Shown: positions 50,451 through 61,250, counted from the first letter of the stretch. The stretch is DNA of 64,000 nt from Vicinamibacteria bacterium (GCA_963422395.1 OY729431.1:672001-736000); one strand, 5' to 3'. The notes: a model not told the origin generated them from the letters alone. Program-made: numbers and translations.

Positions 50451-51547
50451 TGTCCCCCGGCGCCGGAGCTATTGGCGGTGCGGCGCCGCTTCTTCCGCCT
50501 TGGGCCGCTCCGGCAGGCCGCGGAGAACTCGTGGCTGCCGTGGACACCGGATCCCTCGACAGCGCCCTGCGTCTGCGCGACCGTCTCGCCGGGGCGGTGT
50601 CCTTCTTCAAGATCGGCAAGGAACTCTTCACCGCCGCCGGACCGCCGGTCGTGCGCGAATTCGCCGCGGTGGGCCGGGTCTTCCTCGATCTGAAGTACCA
50701 CGACATTCCCGCTACCGTCCGGGGAGCCGTCCGCTCGGCGGCGGCGCTCGGCGCCAGCATCGTGGATGTGCACGCCTCGGGAGGGCTCCCCATGCTGGAA
50801 GCGGCCGTCGGCGCGGTCCGGGGGGCCCCGCGCCCGCCGCTGCTCCTCGCTGTGACCGTGCTGACCCACCTCGATCCGCGGGCGGCCGCCGAGGTCTTCG
50901 GAACCGGGGACATTCCCGGCCAGGCGCTCCGCCTCGCCCGCCTCGCCCGCGGCGCCGGCCTCGGCGGAGTCGTCGCTTCGGCGGCGGAGGTCGAACCCCT
51001 CCGGGAGGCGTTCGGGGAGGGCTTCGTCCTGTTGGTTCCGGGGGTCCGCCCGAGGTGGGCGCCGGAGGCGCACGATCAGCGCCGGGTGGCCTCGCCCGGC
51101 GAGGCGGCGCGCCGGGGCGCGAACTATCTGGTGGTGGGGCGGGCGATCACGACGAGCCGCGACCCCCGTTCGGCGGCGCTCCGGATCCGGGACGAAGTCG
51201 CCGCTCGACCCCGGTCGAGCCGCCGGGAGGAAGCGGTGCGGGCAGCGCTCCTGCATCGCCCCCGCGACGGCTCTTGGGGCGCTTCGAGCCGAGCAGCGAC
51301 CGAGCGGCCTTCTCGAAGAACAGCGCGTCGCTGCGTTGGGGCATCCATACCGACCGCCATCCCATCCGGGTCGTGCGGCGGAAGGAGACGGCGAGGAGCA
51401 GGAGGCGGAAGGTCATGCCGACGGTCATCGCCCAGGCCGCTCCCCGAACCCCGAGCAGTGGGTACAGCACCAGCAGAACGCCGAGATTGCCGAGCAGGCC
51501 CACTCCCACTGCCCAGGAGCAGATCTCCGGGCGGTCGATGCCCCTGA
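50450..51547 (+). CDS. pyrF: orotidine-5'-phosphate decarboxylase with long read-through C-terminal tail
   Basis: FKIG, VFLDLKYHDIPATV, VHASGG, VPGVRP, DQRRV, VVGRAI. The catalytic domain ends near 51200 but the ORF continues to 51547. Confidence 0.9.
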   Translation: MSPGAGAIGGAAPLLPPWAAPAGRGELVAAVDTGSLDSALRLRDRLAGAVSFFKIGKELFTAAGPPVVREFAAVGRVFLDLKYHDIPATVRGAVRSAAALGASIVDVHASGGLPMLEAAVGAVRGAPRPPLLLAVTVLTHLDPRAAAEVFGTGDIPGQALRLARLARGAGLGGVVASAAEVEPLREAFGEGFVLLVPGVRPRWAPEAHDQRRVASPGEAARRGANYLVVGRAITTSRDPRSAALRIRDEVAARPRSSRREEAVRAALLHRPRDGSWGASSRAATERPSRRTARRCVGASIPTAIPSGSCGGRRRRGAGGGRSCRRSSPRPLPEPRAVGTAPAERRDCRAGPLPLPRSRSPGGRCP

Positions 51548-52619
51548 AGTGGGTCATGAAAATGCCCATGCAGGCGGCGGCGAGGATGCCGGGTCCCAGG
51601 ATCCATAGGAGCGGAACCGCCGGCAGGAAAGCGTCCGAGAACACGAGCCGCACGACCGGAGTGCTGAGTGCCAGCAGCGCGGCGAGGGCGACCGCGGTGA
51701 CGGCACCCACCACGCGCACGCAGCGCGCAACCAGCAGGGGCTGCTCGTTGTCGGCGATGCGCGGGAGCAGCGCGTTGCCGACGGCCGAGGAGAAATGGGT
51801 GAGTCCCGCCATGAGTGCGCTGGCAGCGGCGAACAACCCGATATCGGCCGGGCGCCCGATCAGTCCGAGAACCAGGATGCCGAGGTGCAGTTCGATTCCC
51901 TGGCCGACCCGCGCGACATGGAACTTCAGGCCGTAGCCGAGGATTCGGGCGAGAGCAGCCCGCGTCGGGATGCCCAGCGACAATCCGCAATGCCGCCGCA
52001 GATCCCGGACGCAGAGAGCTGCCATGACGAGCTGGGCGGCGGCGAAGGAAAGCAGGGCGCCGAAAATTCCGAGTCCCAGGACCCAGACCAGCAGCACGAT
52101 GGCGAGCCCCTGCCCCGCGGCGCGAAGCAGGACGAAGATCCCGACGCGGGCGAAGCGCCGGACTGCGAGGAGGAGGTGCTCGATCGCAGCCGAAAACGCG
52201 ATGAGCGGAACCAGCATCGCCGCCAGTCGAAACTCAGCAGCAGCCGCCTTCTGGAAGAAAGGGATGCCGCTTCCGATCAGGGGGATCGCGAGCGCGATGG
52301 CCGCTCCGCCTCCGGCGAGGGCGATCGCGAGCGCAGAGGACACCGCCTGCGAAACACTCAGCTGTCTCGCGGCGAGGAAGTACTGCGCGCCCTGTTCGGC
52401 GCCGGGGGTGAAGAGGAGCACGAACAGCGAGGCGAACACCAGACAGACGGCGTAGCTCCCCCTGCCTTCGGGAAGGAGCATCCAGGCGAGCATCCCCTGG
52501 ACCAGGAGTCCGAACACCATGAGGCCGATCTGGGTTGCGAGCGCGACTGCGGCGTCTTGCCCGCCGGTGGTGTTCGGGAGGCGCACCGCATCGCCGGCGG
52601 CCGGTTTCGAAGCGGGCAT
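51147..52619 (-). CDS. polysaccharide/oligosaccharide flippase (Wzx/MOP superfamily)
   Basis: Multiple hydrophobic helices. L.PEGRG.Y, IGLFAAA, LYPLLGVRGAAWA. Confidence 0.82.
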   Translation of the reverse strand: MPASKPAAGDAVRLPNTTGGQDAAVALATQIGLMVFGLLVQGMLAWMLLPEGRGSYAVCLVFASLFVLLFTPGAEQGAQYFLAARQLSVSQAVSSALAIALAGGGAAIALAIPLIGSGIPFFQKAAAAEFRLAAMLVPLIAFSAAIEHLLLAVRRFARVGIFVLLRAAGQGLAIVLLVWVLGLGIFGALLSFAAAQLVMAALCVRDLRRHCGLSLGIPTRAALARILGYGLKFHVARVGQGIELHLGILVLGLIGRPADIGLFAAASALMAGLTHFSSAVGNALLPRIADNEQPLLVARCVRVVGAVTAVALAALLALSTPVVRLVFSDAFLPAVPLLWILGPGILAAACMGIFMTHFRGIDRPEICSWAVGVGLLGNLGVLLVLYPLLGVRGAAWAMTVGMTFRLLLLAVSFRRTTRMGWRSVWMPQRSDALFFEKAARSLLGSKRPKSRRGGDAGALPAPLPPGGSTGVERRLRPGSGAPPNGGRGSS

Positions 52620-52871
52620 GGTCGGCGCGTCGTTCTGCGGCGCAGGCTGCTCGGGGCGCCGCGGGAGACGAAACGCCCAAGGAAAACGTCCGGGGAACGA
52701 GCGGCGCGGGCGGCGGTGCGACCGAGAGTCGCAGACGAACGCGGGACTCTACCCGCCGCCGTTCGCTCCGGCCGATCGGCCCCGAGGCTTCTATCCGTCA
52801 TTGACTTCGGCGAGAGGGTTCCGCTACTCTGCCCCCCGGGCTTGTCATCGCTCCGCATCTGGAGGTTCCTC

Positions 52872-53438
52872 GTGAGAAAAGCCATCGCCACTCTTCTTCT
52901 GCTGACTTTCGCGACGGTCGGCGTTGGGTTTGCGGTGTCGGCGTGCTCGAAGCCGCCTCCCCCGCCCCCACCGCCGCCCGAAGAGCCGCCGCCGCCGCCT
53001 CCTCCGCCGCCGCCGCCGCCTCCTCCGCCGCCAGCGCCGCCGCTGCCGCCGCCCACCGAGCGCGACCTGTATCTCGATGCGGAGATGATGGAACTGCAGA
53101 ACAATCTGTCCGACATCTATTTCGCGTACGATGAGTCCGAGCTGACGGACGCCTCCATGAGCACGCTGCGATCGAATTCCGACTGGCTCCAGCGTCCCTA
53201 TGTGTCGGCCATGATCCAGATCGAGGGCCACTGCGACGAGCGCGGCACCGTGGAGTACAACCAGGCGCTCGGCGAGCGGCGTGCGCGCGCCGCCCATGAC
53301 TATCTGGTGTCGCTCGGAGTTCCGGAGAGTCGGCTCGAAATGGTGAGCTACGGCAAGGAACGCCCGCAGTGCACCGAGAGCAATGAGGACTGCTGGCAGC
53401 AGAACCGCCGCGCGTACTTCCGGATCACCACGAAGTAG
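52872..53438 (+). CDS. pal: peptidoglycan-associated lipoprotein (OmpA-like) with poly-Pro linker
   Basis: GGAGG SD and GTG start. Lipobox VSAC, IYFAYD, IEGHCDERGTVEYNQALGERRA, SYGKERP, NRRA. Confidence 0.9.
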   Translation: MRKAIATLLLLTFATVGVGFAVSACSKPPPPPPPPPEEPPPPPPPPPPPPPPPPAPPLPPPTERDLYLDAEMMELQNNLSDIYFAYDESELTDASMSTLRSNSDWLQRPYVSAMIQIEGHCDERGTVEYNQALGERRARAAHDYLVSLGVPESRLEMVSYGKERPQCTESNEDCWQQNRRAYFRITTK

Positions 53439-53466
53439 CGCGAAGCAGCAAGTCGTTCACCGCGCC

Positions 53467-53501
53467 GCGCCGGCGCCCCTCCGGGAGGGAGCCGCCGGCG
53501 C
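53467..53501. terminator. GC-rich hairpin between convergent genes (possible terminator, no U-tract)
   Basis: GCGCCGGCG (53467-53475) pairs with CGCCGGCGC (53493-53501), with an inner CCCTC/GAGGG stem. Confidence 0.35.
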
Positions 53502-53626
53502 CGGCCCTGCTTATCGCAGTGGGGTGCGTATCTCGACGGGGTTTTCCGGGGTTGTGTTCCCGCCCGGGCGGAGTGCCGGATTTCGGACTCGATCTTGGCG
53601 GGCGAATCGGGTTTTTCGGGTCTTCT

Positions 53627-54691
53627 CTACGGATCTCCGGCTCTTCCCCGCAAGGCGGGGGAGGGAAGGCGGGTGAGTTCGTCGGTCTCGAAGCGCGGGA
53701 GGTCGCGGCGTACCGATCCCCGGAGCAGCCGGAGTCCCTCGGAAGCGCGAACGAATCGTCCGATCGGATAGGCGGGGATTCCGGCCTCGCGCAGTCGGTC
53801 CAGCAGGTCCCCGGTCCCCGATTCGCTGCAGGCGATCAGCAGCGCTCCCGATCCGATGGCGCCGAGGATGTCGAGTCCGTAGTGCGCGAGCAGGCGCTTC
53901 GATTCGAAAAACCGCGGAATCTCCGCCTCTGCGACGATCACGCCGAGCCCGGCAGCTTCGGCCATCTCCCGGATCGCTGTCGCCACTCCGCCTTCGGTGA
54001 CATCGTGCATCGCGTGAACTTCCACCGAGCCGGCGGCGATGCGGGCCTCGGGAAGCACGCTGATGCCGGGTTCTTCGAGGAACCCGAGGCAGCGATCCCG
54101 CAATTCCGCTCCGAATTCCCGGGCGATCTCGTCGCTGCGTTCCGCGCCGATCACCGCGGTGGCCTCGATTGCGATTCCCTTCGTGATGAGGAGCATGTCG
54201 CCTTCCTCGGCGCCGCCGCTCGGTTTGATCCGCTCGGCGGTCGCGTCGCCGACCATGGCGCCCGCAACGATCTCACGCCGTACCGCCGAGGAGATTTCAG
54301 TATGCCCGCCGACGGGAACGGCCCCCACTTCGCAGCAGCCCCGGGCGATGCCGGCGGCGATTTCGGCGAGGCGCGTCTCCCCGGTTCCCCGAGGCACGAC
54401 GACCGAGGAAAGGAACCAGCGCGGCTCCCCGCCGGTGGCCGCGACATCGTTTGCGTTCACGATCACCGAGTGCCAACCGGGATCAGCGCTCGGAAAGGTG
54501 ATCGGGTCGGCCGCCAGCACCAGTCGGGGCGCCCCTCCGGCTCTTGCTACCGCGGCGTCCTCGCCGGGCGCCGGTCCCAAATCGAGGCCGGCTCCCCCGC
54601 CTGGATCCGGGACCAGTGAATCCAGAAAACGCCGGAGGACCCGCGGGGGAAGCTTGCCCTCGCGGAGTTCTTCGAGTTCTTCGTTCGACAT
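53627..54691 (-). CDS. AIR synthase-related protein (PurM/HypE/ThiL superfamily)
   Basis: GKLP, GEDAAV, DPITF, NANDVA..GGEPR, VGGHTE, HAMHDVTEGG, SGALL. Confidence 0.88.
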   Translation of the reverse strand: MSNEELEELREGKLPPRVLRRFLDSLVPDPGGGAGLDLGPAPGEDAAVARAGGAPRLVLAADPITFPSADPGWHSVIVNANDVAATGGEPRWFLSSVVVPRGTGETRLAEIAAGIARGCCEVGAVPVGGHTEISSAVRREIVAGAMVGDATAERIKPSGGAEEGDMLLITKGIAIEATAVIGAERSDEIAREFGAELRDRCLGFLEEPGISVLPEARIAAGSVEVHAMHDVTEGGVATAIREMAEAAGLGVIVAEAEIPRFFESKRLLAHYGLDILGAIGSGALLIACSESGTGDLLDRLREAGIPAYPIGRFVRASEGLRLLRGSVRRDLPRFETDELTRLPSPALRGRAGDP

Positions 54692-54755
54692 CCGGTTAGG
54701 GTACGGCGCCGCCCGGCGTAGCCCGCCGCGGCCCCGAAACTCTCCCCGGTTCCCC

Positions 54756-56132
54756 ATGCGTCTCGTCGTCCTCGGCGCCGGCCAGATGGGGGCGCATCTG
54801 CTGCGGCAGTTGAGCCGTCTCCCCGACGACCACGACATAACTCTGGTGGAGAAGGATTCGGTAGTCGGCTCCCACTTGCTCCGCAAGTTCGACATCGGGA
54901 TCATCGAGGGAGACGCCCGGGTTCCCGCAGTGCTGCACCAGCACTGCGCCGGCGCCGATGTGCTCTTCGCCCTCACGAACGACGATGCCACGAACCTGCT
55001 CGCGGCGCTCACCGCCACCGACCCCTCGATCGGCGTACAGCGGGCGGTCGTCCGCCTGAGCGATCCCCGCCATGAACAGAGCCCGCTGCTCGGCGAAGAC
55101 AGCCGCCGCTGGAAGATCGAGACGATCCTGCCGGAGGCGCTGGTGGCGCAGGAGATCCTGGGGCTCATCCGCTATCCGGGTGCCCGCTCGGTCCGCTCCT
55201 TCGGCGACGGGGTCCTCGTGCTGCTGCGCGCGGTTCCGCAAGAGCCGTCGGTCTTCGATCGGCCGCTCGAAGAAATAGAGACCGCACCGCGGGGCTGGAT
55301 CCTCACCGGGATCCTGCGCCGGCGCGGCGGGCACCTGGTGATTCCGCGGGGGGCGACCGAGGTACACGATGGGGATGAGGTCTTCGCGGTCGGACCCGCC
55401 GCCGAGGCTTCGAACTTCCTGCGGGCCGTGGGGCTCGACTGGCGGCCCACCAAGCGGGTGGTGATCGCCGGGCTCGGACAGGTCGGCCGGCGCCTGGGGG
55501 AGCTGCTGCTGGATTCGGGAGTGGACATCACGATCATCCGCCACCGGCAAAGCGGCGAGCCCTCGCTTCCCGCCCACACCATCGTCGGCGATGCGACGGA
55601 AGAGGACATCCTGCGGGAGGCCGAAGTGGGCGGTGCCGACTTCTTCGTCGCGGCCACCGCTGCCGACGAAGTCAACTTCATGTCCGCGCACCTCGCCAAG
55701 AAAGCGGGCGCCCGGCGGACGATCGCCCTCCACAACCGCGACGACCTGCGCGAGGTGATGCAGGATCTCGGCGTGGACCATCCGATATCTCCGGGAGTGA
55801 TCACTGCCGGAGCGCTCCTGAAACTCCTGCATTCCCGGGCGATGCTGCGGCTCGACTGGATCGAGGGCGGCGGCGAACTCGTGGAGATCGAAGTGGCGAA
55901 GAACAGCCCCGCCACCAAAGCGCCCCTGCGCGAGCTCGGAGTCCCCCATAGCTGCATCGTGGGCGAGGTGGTGAGAGCGAAGTCGGCCCCCTTCGTCCCC
56001 GACGGCAACACCGAGTTCATCCCCGGTGACCGGGTGGCGCTCTTCATGAGTCAGGGCGCTCGAGGAGAGTCGGGAGAGCCGGAGTCGCTGCTTTGCGAGC
56101 TCGAGCGCCTCTTCGGCAGTTCGGGCCGATGA
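54756..56132 (+). CDS. trkA: Trk system potassium transporter regulatory subunit
   Basis: Two Rossmann RCK domains (VLGAGQMG; IAGLGQVG) and two TrkA_C domains (VIPRG, FVPDG). Confidence 0.9.
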   Translation: MRLVVLGAGQMGAHLLRQLSRLPDDHDITLVEKDSVVGSHLLRKFDIGIIEGDARVPAVLHQHCAGADVLFALTNDDATNLLAALTATDPSIGVQRAVVRLSDPRHEQSPLLGEDSRRWKIETILPEALVAQEILGLIRYPGARSVRSFGDGVLVLLRAVPQEPSVFDRPLEEIETAPRGWILTGILRRRGGHLVIPRGATEVHDGDEVFAVGPAAEASNFLRAVGLDWRPTKRVVIAGLGQVGRRLGELLLDSGVDITIIRHRQSGEPSLPAHTIVGDATEEDILREAEVGGADFFVAATAADEVNFMSAHLAKKAGARRTIALHNRDDLREVMQDLGVDHPISPGVITAGALLKLLHSRAMLRLDWIEGGGELVEIEVAKNSPATKAPLRELGVPHSCIVGEVVRAKSAPFVPDGNTEFIPGDRVALFMSQGARGESGEPESLLCELERLFGSSGR

Positions 56133-56163
56133 ATCGGAGCCGGTCCCGGTCTCTCCGCCGCCG

Positions 56164-57705
56164 GTGAACCGCGTCGAAATCGCCGCCCTTCTCGGTCGCC
56201 TGGCCGGAGTGCTGGGAGCGGCGATGCTCGCTCCCCTCGGACTCGCGGTCGCTCTCGGCGAGCCGGCCTGGCCGGCTTTCGCCGTTCCGGCCCTGCTCGG
56301 GCTCGGGCTGAGCCGGCTCAGCCGGCGGCTGCCCCTCGACCCTGACGGCCCCGCTTCCGGCAGCGGCGGCTCGCGGGTCTATCTCTTCGTGGTGCTGGCC
56401 TGGGGTCTCGCCGCCGGATTCGGCGCCGTGCCCTACCTCGGCCTCTTCGGTCCCGGTTTTTTCGCCGACGCTCTCTTCGAGTCGGCTTCGGGGTTTTCGA
56501 CCACCGGCGCCACCATCTTCTCCGAGGTGGAGTCGCTGCCCCGTTCGCTGCTCCTGTGGCGGTCGCTCACCCAGTGGCTCGGCGGGCTCGGCATCGTGAT
56601 CGTCTTCGTCTGGCTGCTCGGCCGGCGGCAGTGGGGCGTGGAAGTGCTGTCGGCGGAGGCGCCGGGCCCGACCCCGGAAAAGACCGAGCCGAAGATGAGC
56701 GAGACCGCTCGGGACACGGTGATCGTCGGGATCGTGCTGACCGCGGTGCTCGCCGCGATCCTGCTCGCCCTGGATGTGCCGGCGTTCGATGCGGTCTGCC
56801 ATGCCCTGACCACTCTGGCGACCGGCGGGTTTTCGACCCGCAACGACAGCCTCGCCGCCTTCGATCCCGTCGTCCAGTGGGTGGTCTGCTTCTTCATGTT
56901 CCTCGGCGGCGTCCGATTCGCGATCCACACCTACGAAGGGAAGCGCGTCTGGGCGCGGATCATCGGGGCGGTTCGGCGCCTCGGGAACCGCCGCTGGCGC
57001 CGGCGGGTGTCGGCGCCGCCGACCGCGAGCTACCTGGACGATCCCGAGCTGCGGCTCTACGGGAGCGTGGTCGCGGCCGCCGCGGCACTGCTGTTCCTCG
57101 GCCGGATCTCGGCGGGGGAGGGTTGGGCCGAGGGTCTCCGCCACGCCATGTTCCAGGCGGTGGCGGTGATCACCACCACGGGCTATTCGACCGCAGACTA
57201 CGACCAGTGGTCCCACTTCAGCCGCCTCCTCATCCTCCTCCTGATGTTCTCCGGGGGGTGCGTGGGTTCGACGGCCGGTTCGGTCAAGGTGCTCCGCTGG
57301 CTGATCCTGTTCAAGAAGATGCCGCTCGCCGTCCGGGTGGTGACCCAGCCCCACACCGAACTCCGCGTCCATGTCGGCCGCAGCGTCGTGCGCTCTTCGG
57401 TGAGCTCCACCATCGGCGAGTCCATCCTGCTGTTCTTCGGGGTCGCGGCGGCCGGCGGCCTGGCGGTCTGTGCGATGGGGGTGGATCCGGTCACTGCGTT
57501 CAGCGCCTCGGCGGCCAGCGTGACGAATGTGGGTCCCGGCCTCGCCGCAGTCGGTCCCGCCGCCGACTACTCCTCCCTCCCGGCTGCGGCGAAGCTGCTG
57601 CTCGCGGCGCTGATGATCGCCGGCCGCCTCGAGATCGTGACCGTCGCCGTCTTGCTGTTCAGCCCGCTGAGAGCCCTGCGCGCCCGCCTTCGCTCGGCGC
57701 TTTGA
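56164..57705 (+). CDS. trkH: Trk system potassium uptake membrane protein
   Basis: Pore motifs FESASGFSTTGAT, TLATGGFS, TTTGYS, TNVGPG. Also QWLGGLG, GSTAGSVK, GRLE. Confidence 0.92.
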   Translation: MNRVEIAALLGRLAGVLGAAMLAPLGLAVALGEPAWPAFAVPALLGLGLSRLSRRLPLDPDGPASGSGGSRVYLFVVLAWGLAAGFGAVPYLGLFGPGFFADALFESASGFSTTGATIFSEVESLPRSLLLWRSLTQWLGGLGIVIVFVWLLGRRQWGVEVLSAEAPGPTPEKTEPKMSETARDTVIVGIVLTAVLAAILLALDVPAFDAVCHALTTLATGGFSTRNDSLAAFDPVVQWVVCFFMFLGGVRFAIHTYEGKRVWARIIGAVRRLGNRRWRRRVSAPPTASYLDDPELRLYGSVVAAAAALLFLGRISAGEGWAEGLRHAMFQAVAVITTTGYSTADYDQWSHFSRLLILLLMFSGGCVGSTAGSVKVLRWLILFKKMPLAVRVVTQPHTELRVHVGRSVVRSSVSSTIGESILLFFGVAAAGGLAVCAMGVDPVTAFSASAASVTNVGPGLAAVGPAADYSSLPAAAKLLLAALMIAGRLEIVTVAVLLFSPLRALRARLRSAL

Positions 57706-57805
57706 GGACGCAGCGTGCCGCTCGCCGCGCCGCCTCCCCGCTCTCGGGGCTCACGCCACTTCATCCACAGCCTGCTAGAGGATCGGAGCCTCCTACAATC
57801 GGTGG

Positions 57806-59785
57806 ATGCCTGAGCGACCGAACCCGGAAACCCCGAACCCGGAGATCCCGGAACAGGAAATCGAGGTCCTGCTCGAGGAACAGCGTTCCTACCCGCCGCC
57901 GGAGGGATTCCGCCGGACGGCCCGGTTCCGCGACGAATCCATCTACCGCGAGGCGGAGCGGGACCCGGAGGCGTTTTGGGCCGCGGCGGCGGCGAAGCTG
58001 GAGTGGAGTCGGAGCTGGGACCGGGTGCTCGACTGGAAGCCGCCCTTCGCCCGCTGGTTCGTCGGGGGAAAGCTGAACGCCAGCGTCAACTGCCTCGACC
58101 GGCATCTGGCGCGGGGTCTCGCCGACCGACCGGCATTCCTCTGGGAAGGCGAGCCGGGCGACTGCCGAACGCTCCGTTACGGCGAACTCCACCGGGAGGT
58201 CTGCCGCTTCGCGGGCGTTCTGCGGGGCCTCGGGGTGAGAAAGGGTGACCGGGTGGCGATCTATCTGCCGATGATCCCGGAGCTGCCCATCGCGATGCTC
58301 GCCTGCGCCCGGATCGGGGCGCCGCACAGCGTGGTGTTCGCCGGCTTTTCGGCGCAGTCGCTGCGCGACCGGATCAACGATGCCGAGGCGAAAGTACTCG
58401 TCACTGCCGACGGCGGCTACCGGCGCGGCGGGATCGTTCCGTTGAAATCCATCGCCGACGAGGCGCTCACCGACACGCCTTCGATCACTTCCGTCGTCGT
58501 GGTGCGCCGTACCGGCGAAGAGGTTCCGATGCGGCCGGGCCGGGACCGGGATTGGTCCGAGCTGATGGACGGCGCGCCGGACTTCGCCGAACCCGAGGAG
58601 ATGGACGCCGAAGACATCCTCTACATCCTCTACACCTCCGGCACGACCGGAAAACCGAAGGGGATCGTGCACACCACCGGCGGCTATCTCACCGGAGTCA
58701 CGGCGACGGCGAGGGCGGTGTTCGATCTTCGGGATTCGGACATCTGGTGGGCCGCTGCCGACATCGGCTGGGTGACCGGGCATTCCTACATCGTCTATGG
58801 TCCGCTCGCGCTGGGGATCACCCAGGTCCTCTACGAGGGGGCGCCGGACTGGCCGGACCGCTCCCGGATCTGGTCCATCATCGAGCGATACCGGGTCAGT
58901 TGTTTCTACACCGCCCCGACCGCCATCCGCGCGTTCATGAAGTGGGGCGCTTCGCACCCGGCCGGCCGCGACCTCGCTTCGCTCCGCCTGCTCGGGACGG
59001 TGGGAGAGCCGATCAATCCGGAAGCATGGGTCTGGTACCACCGGGAGATCGGCGGCGGCCGCTGTCCGGTGGTGGATACCTGGTGGCAGACCGAGACCGG
59101 GATGATCCTCGCCGCTCCGCTCCCGGGAATCACCACCCTGAAACCGGGATCGGCGACCCGCGCGTTTCCGGGGATCGTTCTCGACATCCTCGACCGCGGG
59201 GGCAACCGGGTCGAGGTCGGCGGAGGCTTGCTCGCGGTCACCCGCCCCTGGCCGGCGATGCTGCGCGGCATCTGGGGGGACGAGGAGCGGTTCCGCAAGA
59301 CCTACTGGAGCCAGTGGAAGGACATCTATTTCCCCGCCGACGGTGCGCGGCGCGACGAGGACGGCGACTTCTGGATCATGGGGCGGGTGGACGATGTGCT
59401 GAATGTCTCGGGCCACCGGCTGGGAGCGGCGGAGATCGAGAGCGCCCTCGTCGAGCACGAAGCGGTCGCGGAAGCGGCGGTGGTCGGGCGTCCGCACGAC
59501 ATCAAGGGCGAGGGGATCGCTGCGTTCGTGGTTCTCCGGGAGGCGGCACCGGGCCGCGAGGATCTCGCCGCCGAGTTGAAGGCCCATGTCGCGGCGGCGA
59601 TCGGGGCCATCGCCCGTCCCGACGACATCGTGTTCGCCGCCGATGTGCCGAAGACCCGCTCGGGCAAGATCATGCGCCGCCTGCTGCGCGACATCGCGGC
59701 GGGCAAGGCCATCGGCGACACGACTACCCTCGCCGACCCCGCGGTCGTCGAGAAGCTGCGAGAGGAGTACGGTGATGAAGACTGA
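57806..59785 (+). CDS. acs: acetyl-CoA synthetase (AMP-forming)
   Basis: [50 protein letters not shown]. Confidence 0.96.
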   Translation: MPERPNPETPNPEIPEQEIEVLLEEQRSYPPPEGFRRTARFRDESIYREAERDPEAFWAAAAAKLEWSRSWDRVLDWKPPFARWFVGGKLNASVNCLDRHLARGLADRPAFLWEGEPGDCRTLRYGELHREVCRFAGVLRGLGVRKGDRVAIYLPMIPELPIAMLACARIGAPHSVVFAGFSAQSLRDRINDAEAKVLVTADGGYRRGGIVPLKSIADEALTDTPSITSVVVVRRTGEEVPMRPGRDRDWSELMDGAPDFAEPEEMDAEDILYILYTSGTTGKPKGIVHTTGGYLTGVTATARAVFDLRDSDIWWAAADIGWVTGHSYIVYGPLALGITQVLYEGAPDWPDRSRIWSIIERYRVSCFYTAPTAIRAFMKWGASHPAGRDLASLRLLGTVGEPINPEAWVWYHREIGGGRCPVVDTWWQTETGMILAAPLPGITTLKPGSATRAFPGIVLDILDRGGNRVEVGGGLLAVTRPWPAMLRGIWGDEERFRKTYWSQWKDIYFPADGARRDEDGDFWIMGRVDDVLNVSGHRLGAAEIESALVEHEAVAEAAVVGRPHDIKGEGIAAFVVLREAAPGREDLAAELKAHVAAAIGAIARPDDIVFAADVPKTRSGKIMRRLLRDIAAGKAIGDTTTLADPAVVEKLREEYGDED

Positions 59786-61250
59786 AACCCCGACGGTTCG
59801 GGTGATGGAGGATGCTTCGGCCCGGGAGGGCGTCCTGGTGGCGTACCTCCTCGACGATGCGATGCACTTCGCGGCGCCGGCCTCCCTGGAAGATGGCGAG
59901 TTCCTGGCAAGGGCGCATCGGATCTTCGGGGATCCGAGCGTGAAGCGGGAGATCGCCGACCACGGAGGCCCGCAGAGCGCCTCGACCCTGGCTCTCCACA
60001 CCCGCTCCCGCGAGCACGAAGCGGCGCCCGATGCGGTCCGCGTCCTCGCCGCCCGCGCGGTCGGGCACGCCCGTGACTTCGGCCTTTCCGAAGTGGTCTT
60101 CCCGCTGCTCGGGGTCGACGGTCCTCGATTCGCGGGCACGGTCGCCGAAGGCGCCGTCCTCGGCGCCTACCGCTTCGCCCGTTACCTGAAAACCCCCGGC
60201 GACCCCGCGTCCCCCAGCGTGCGGATCGCGGTCTCCGCAGAAGCGCTCCCCGAAGTTCGCCGGAGCGTGGGCCGGGCGGTCCGGCTCGCCGCCGAAGTGA
60301 ATCGAGCCCGCGATCTGGTGAACGAACCGGGAGAGGCGGTCACTCCGGAATCCCTGGCCGGGGAAGCGCGCGCGGTGGCCGCCGAGACCGGCCTCGAGGT
60401 GCAGGTCTGGACAGAAGCAGCCCTCCGCACGGAGGGCTATCCGGGACTGCTCTCGGTGGGGCAGGGCAGCAATCGGCCGCCGCGGCTCATCGTCCTTCGC
60501 CACCGGCCGCCGGCGCCGGGCGCCGCCCACCTCGCGCTCGTCGGGAAGGGGATCACCTTCGACACCGGCGGGATTTCGCTCAAGCCCCCTTCGGGGATGT
60601 GGACCATGAAGGGCGACATGTCGGGCGCCGCCGCCGTGCTCCGGGCGATGTCGGCGGTGGCGCGGGAGGAGGTTCCGGCAACGGTCACCGGCATCGTCGC
60701 GGCGGCCGAGAACTACCCCGGCCCGGCGGCGACTCGGCCTGGAGACATCTTCCGCGCCCGGAACGGCAAGTCGGTGATGGTGGACAACACCGATGCCGAA
60801 GGGCGGCTGGTGCTCACCGACGCGCTGGCGCGGGCCGGGGAGGAAGGCGCCACCCACATCGTCGACATCGCCACCCTCACCGGCGCCGCGGTCCGCGCGC
60901 TCGGAACCGGAGTGGCGGGAATCCTCGGGAACGACCCCGACTGGGTGCGTGCGGTCATCGCTGCGGGCGAGCCGCACGGCGAGGTCTTCTGGGAGTTGCC
61001 CCTGGTGAAGGAGTACCGCGACGAGCTGCGCTGCGACTCCGCCGACCTCAAGAACATCGGCGGAGTGAACGCAGGGGCGATCACGGCGGGGCTCTTCCTC
61101 GAGGAGTTCGTTCCGGAGGGGGCCGCCTGGGCGCACCTCGACATCGCCGGGCCCTTCCTCGTGGAAAAGCCCTGGAAGTACTACCCGAAGGGCGCGACCG
61201 GCTTCGGGGTCCGCACGCTGTTCGAGACCGCCGCCCGGTTCGCCGGGTAG
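59775..61250 (+). CDS. pepA: leucyl aminopeptidase (M17)
   Basis: [58 protein letters not shown] before ATG 59775. Confidence 0.93.
   Translation: MKTETPTVRVMEDASAREGVLVAYLLDDAMHFAAPASLEDGEFLARAHRIFGDPSVKREIADHGGPQSASTLALHTRSREHEAAPDAVRVLAARAVGHARDFGLSEVVFPLLGVDGPRFAGTVAEGAVLGAYRFARYLKTPGDPASPSVRIAVSAEALPEVRRSVGRAVRLAAEVNRARDLVNEPGEAVTPESLAGEARAVAAETGLEVQVWTEAALRTEGYPGLLSVGQGSNRPPRLIVLRHRPPAPGAAHLALVGKGITFDTGGISLKPPSGMWTMKGDMSGAAAVLRAMSAVAREEVPATVTGIVAAAENYPGPAATRPGDIFRARNGKSVMVDNTDAEGRLVLTDALARAGEEGATHIVDIATLTGAAVRALGTGVAGILGNDPDWVRAVIAAGEPHGEVFWELPLVKEYRDELRCDSADLKNIGGVNAGAITAGLFLEEFVPEGAAWAHLDIAGPFLVEKPWKYYPKGATGFGVRTLFETAARFAG

Noticed and set aside
53627-54691. Hydrogenase maturation gene hypE
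   Set aside because: It lacks the C-terminal PRIC motif of HypE and has no hyp or hydrogenase neighbours, so it was left as AIR-synthase-related.
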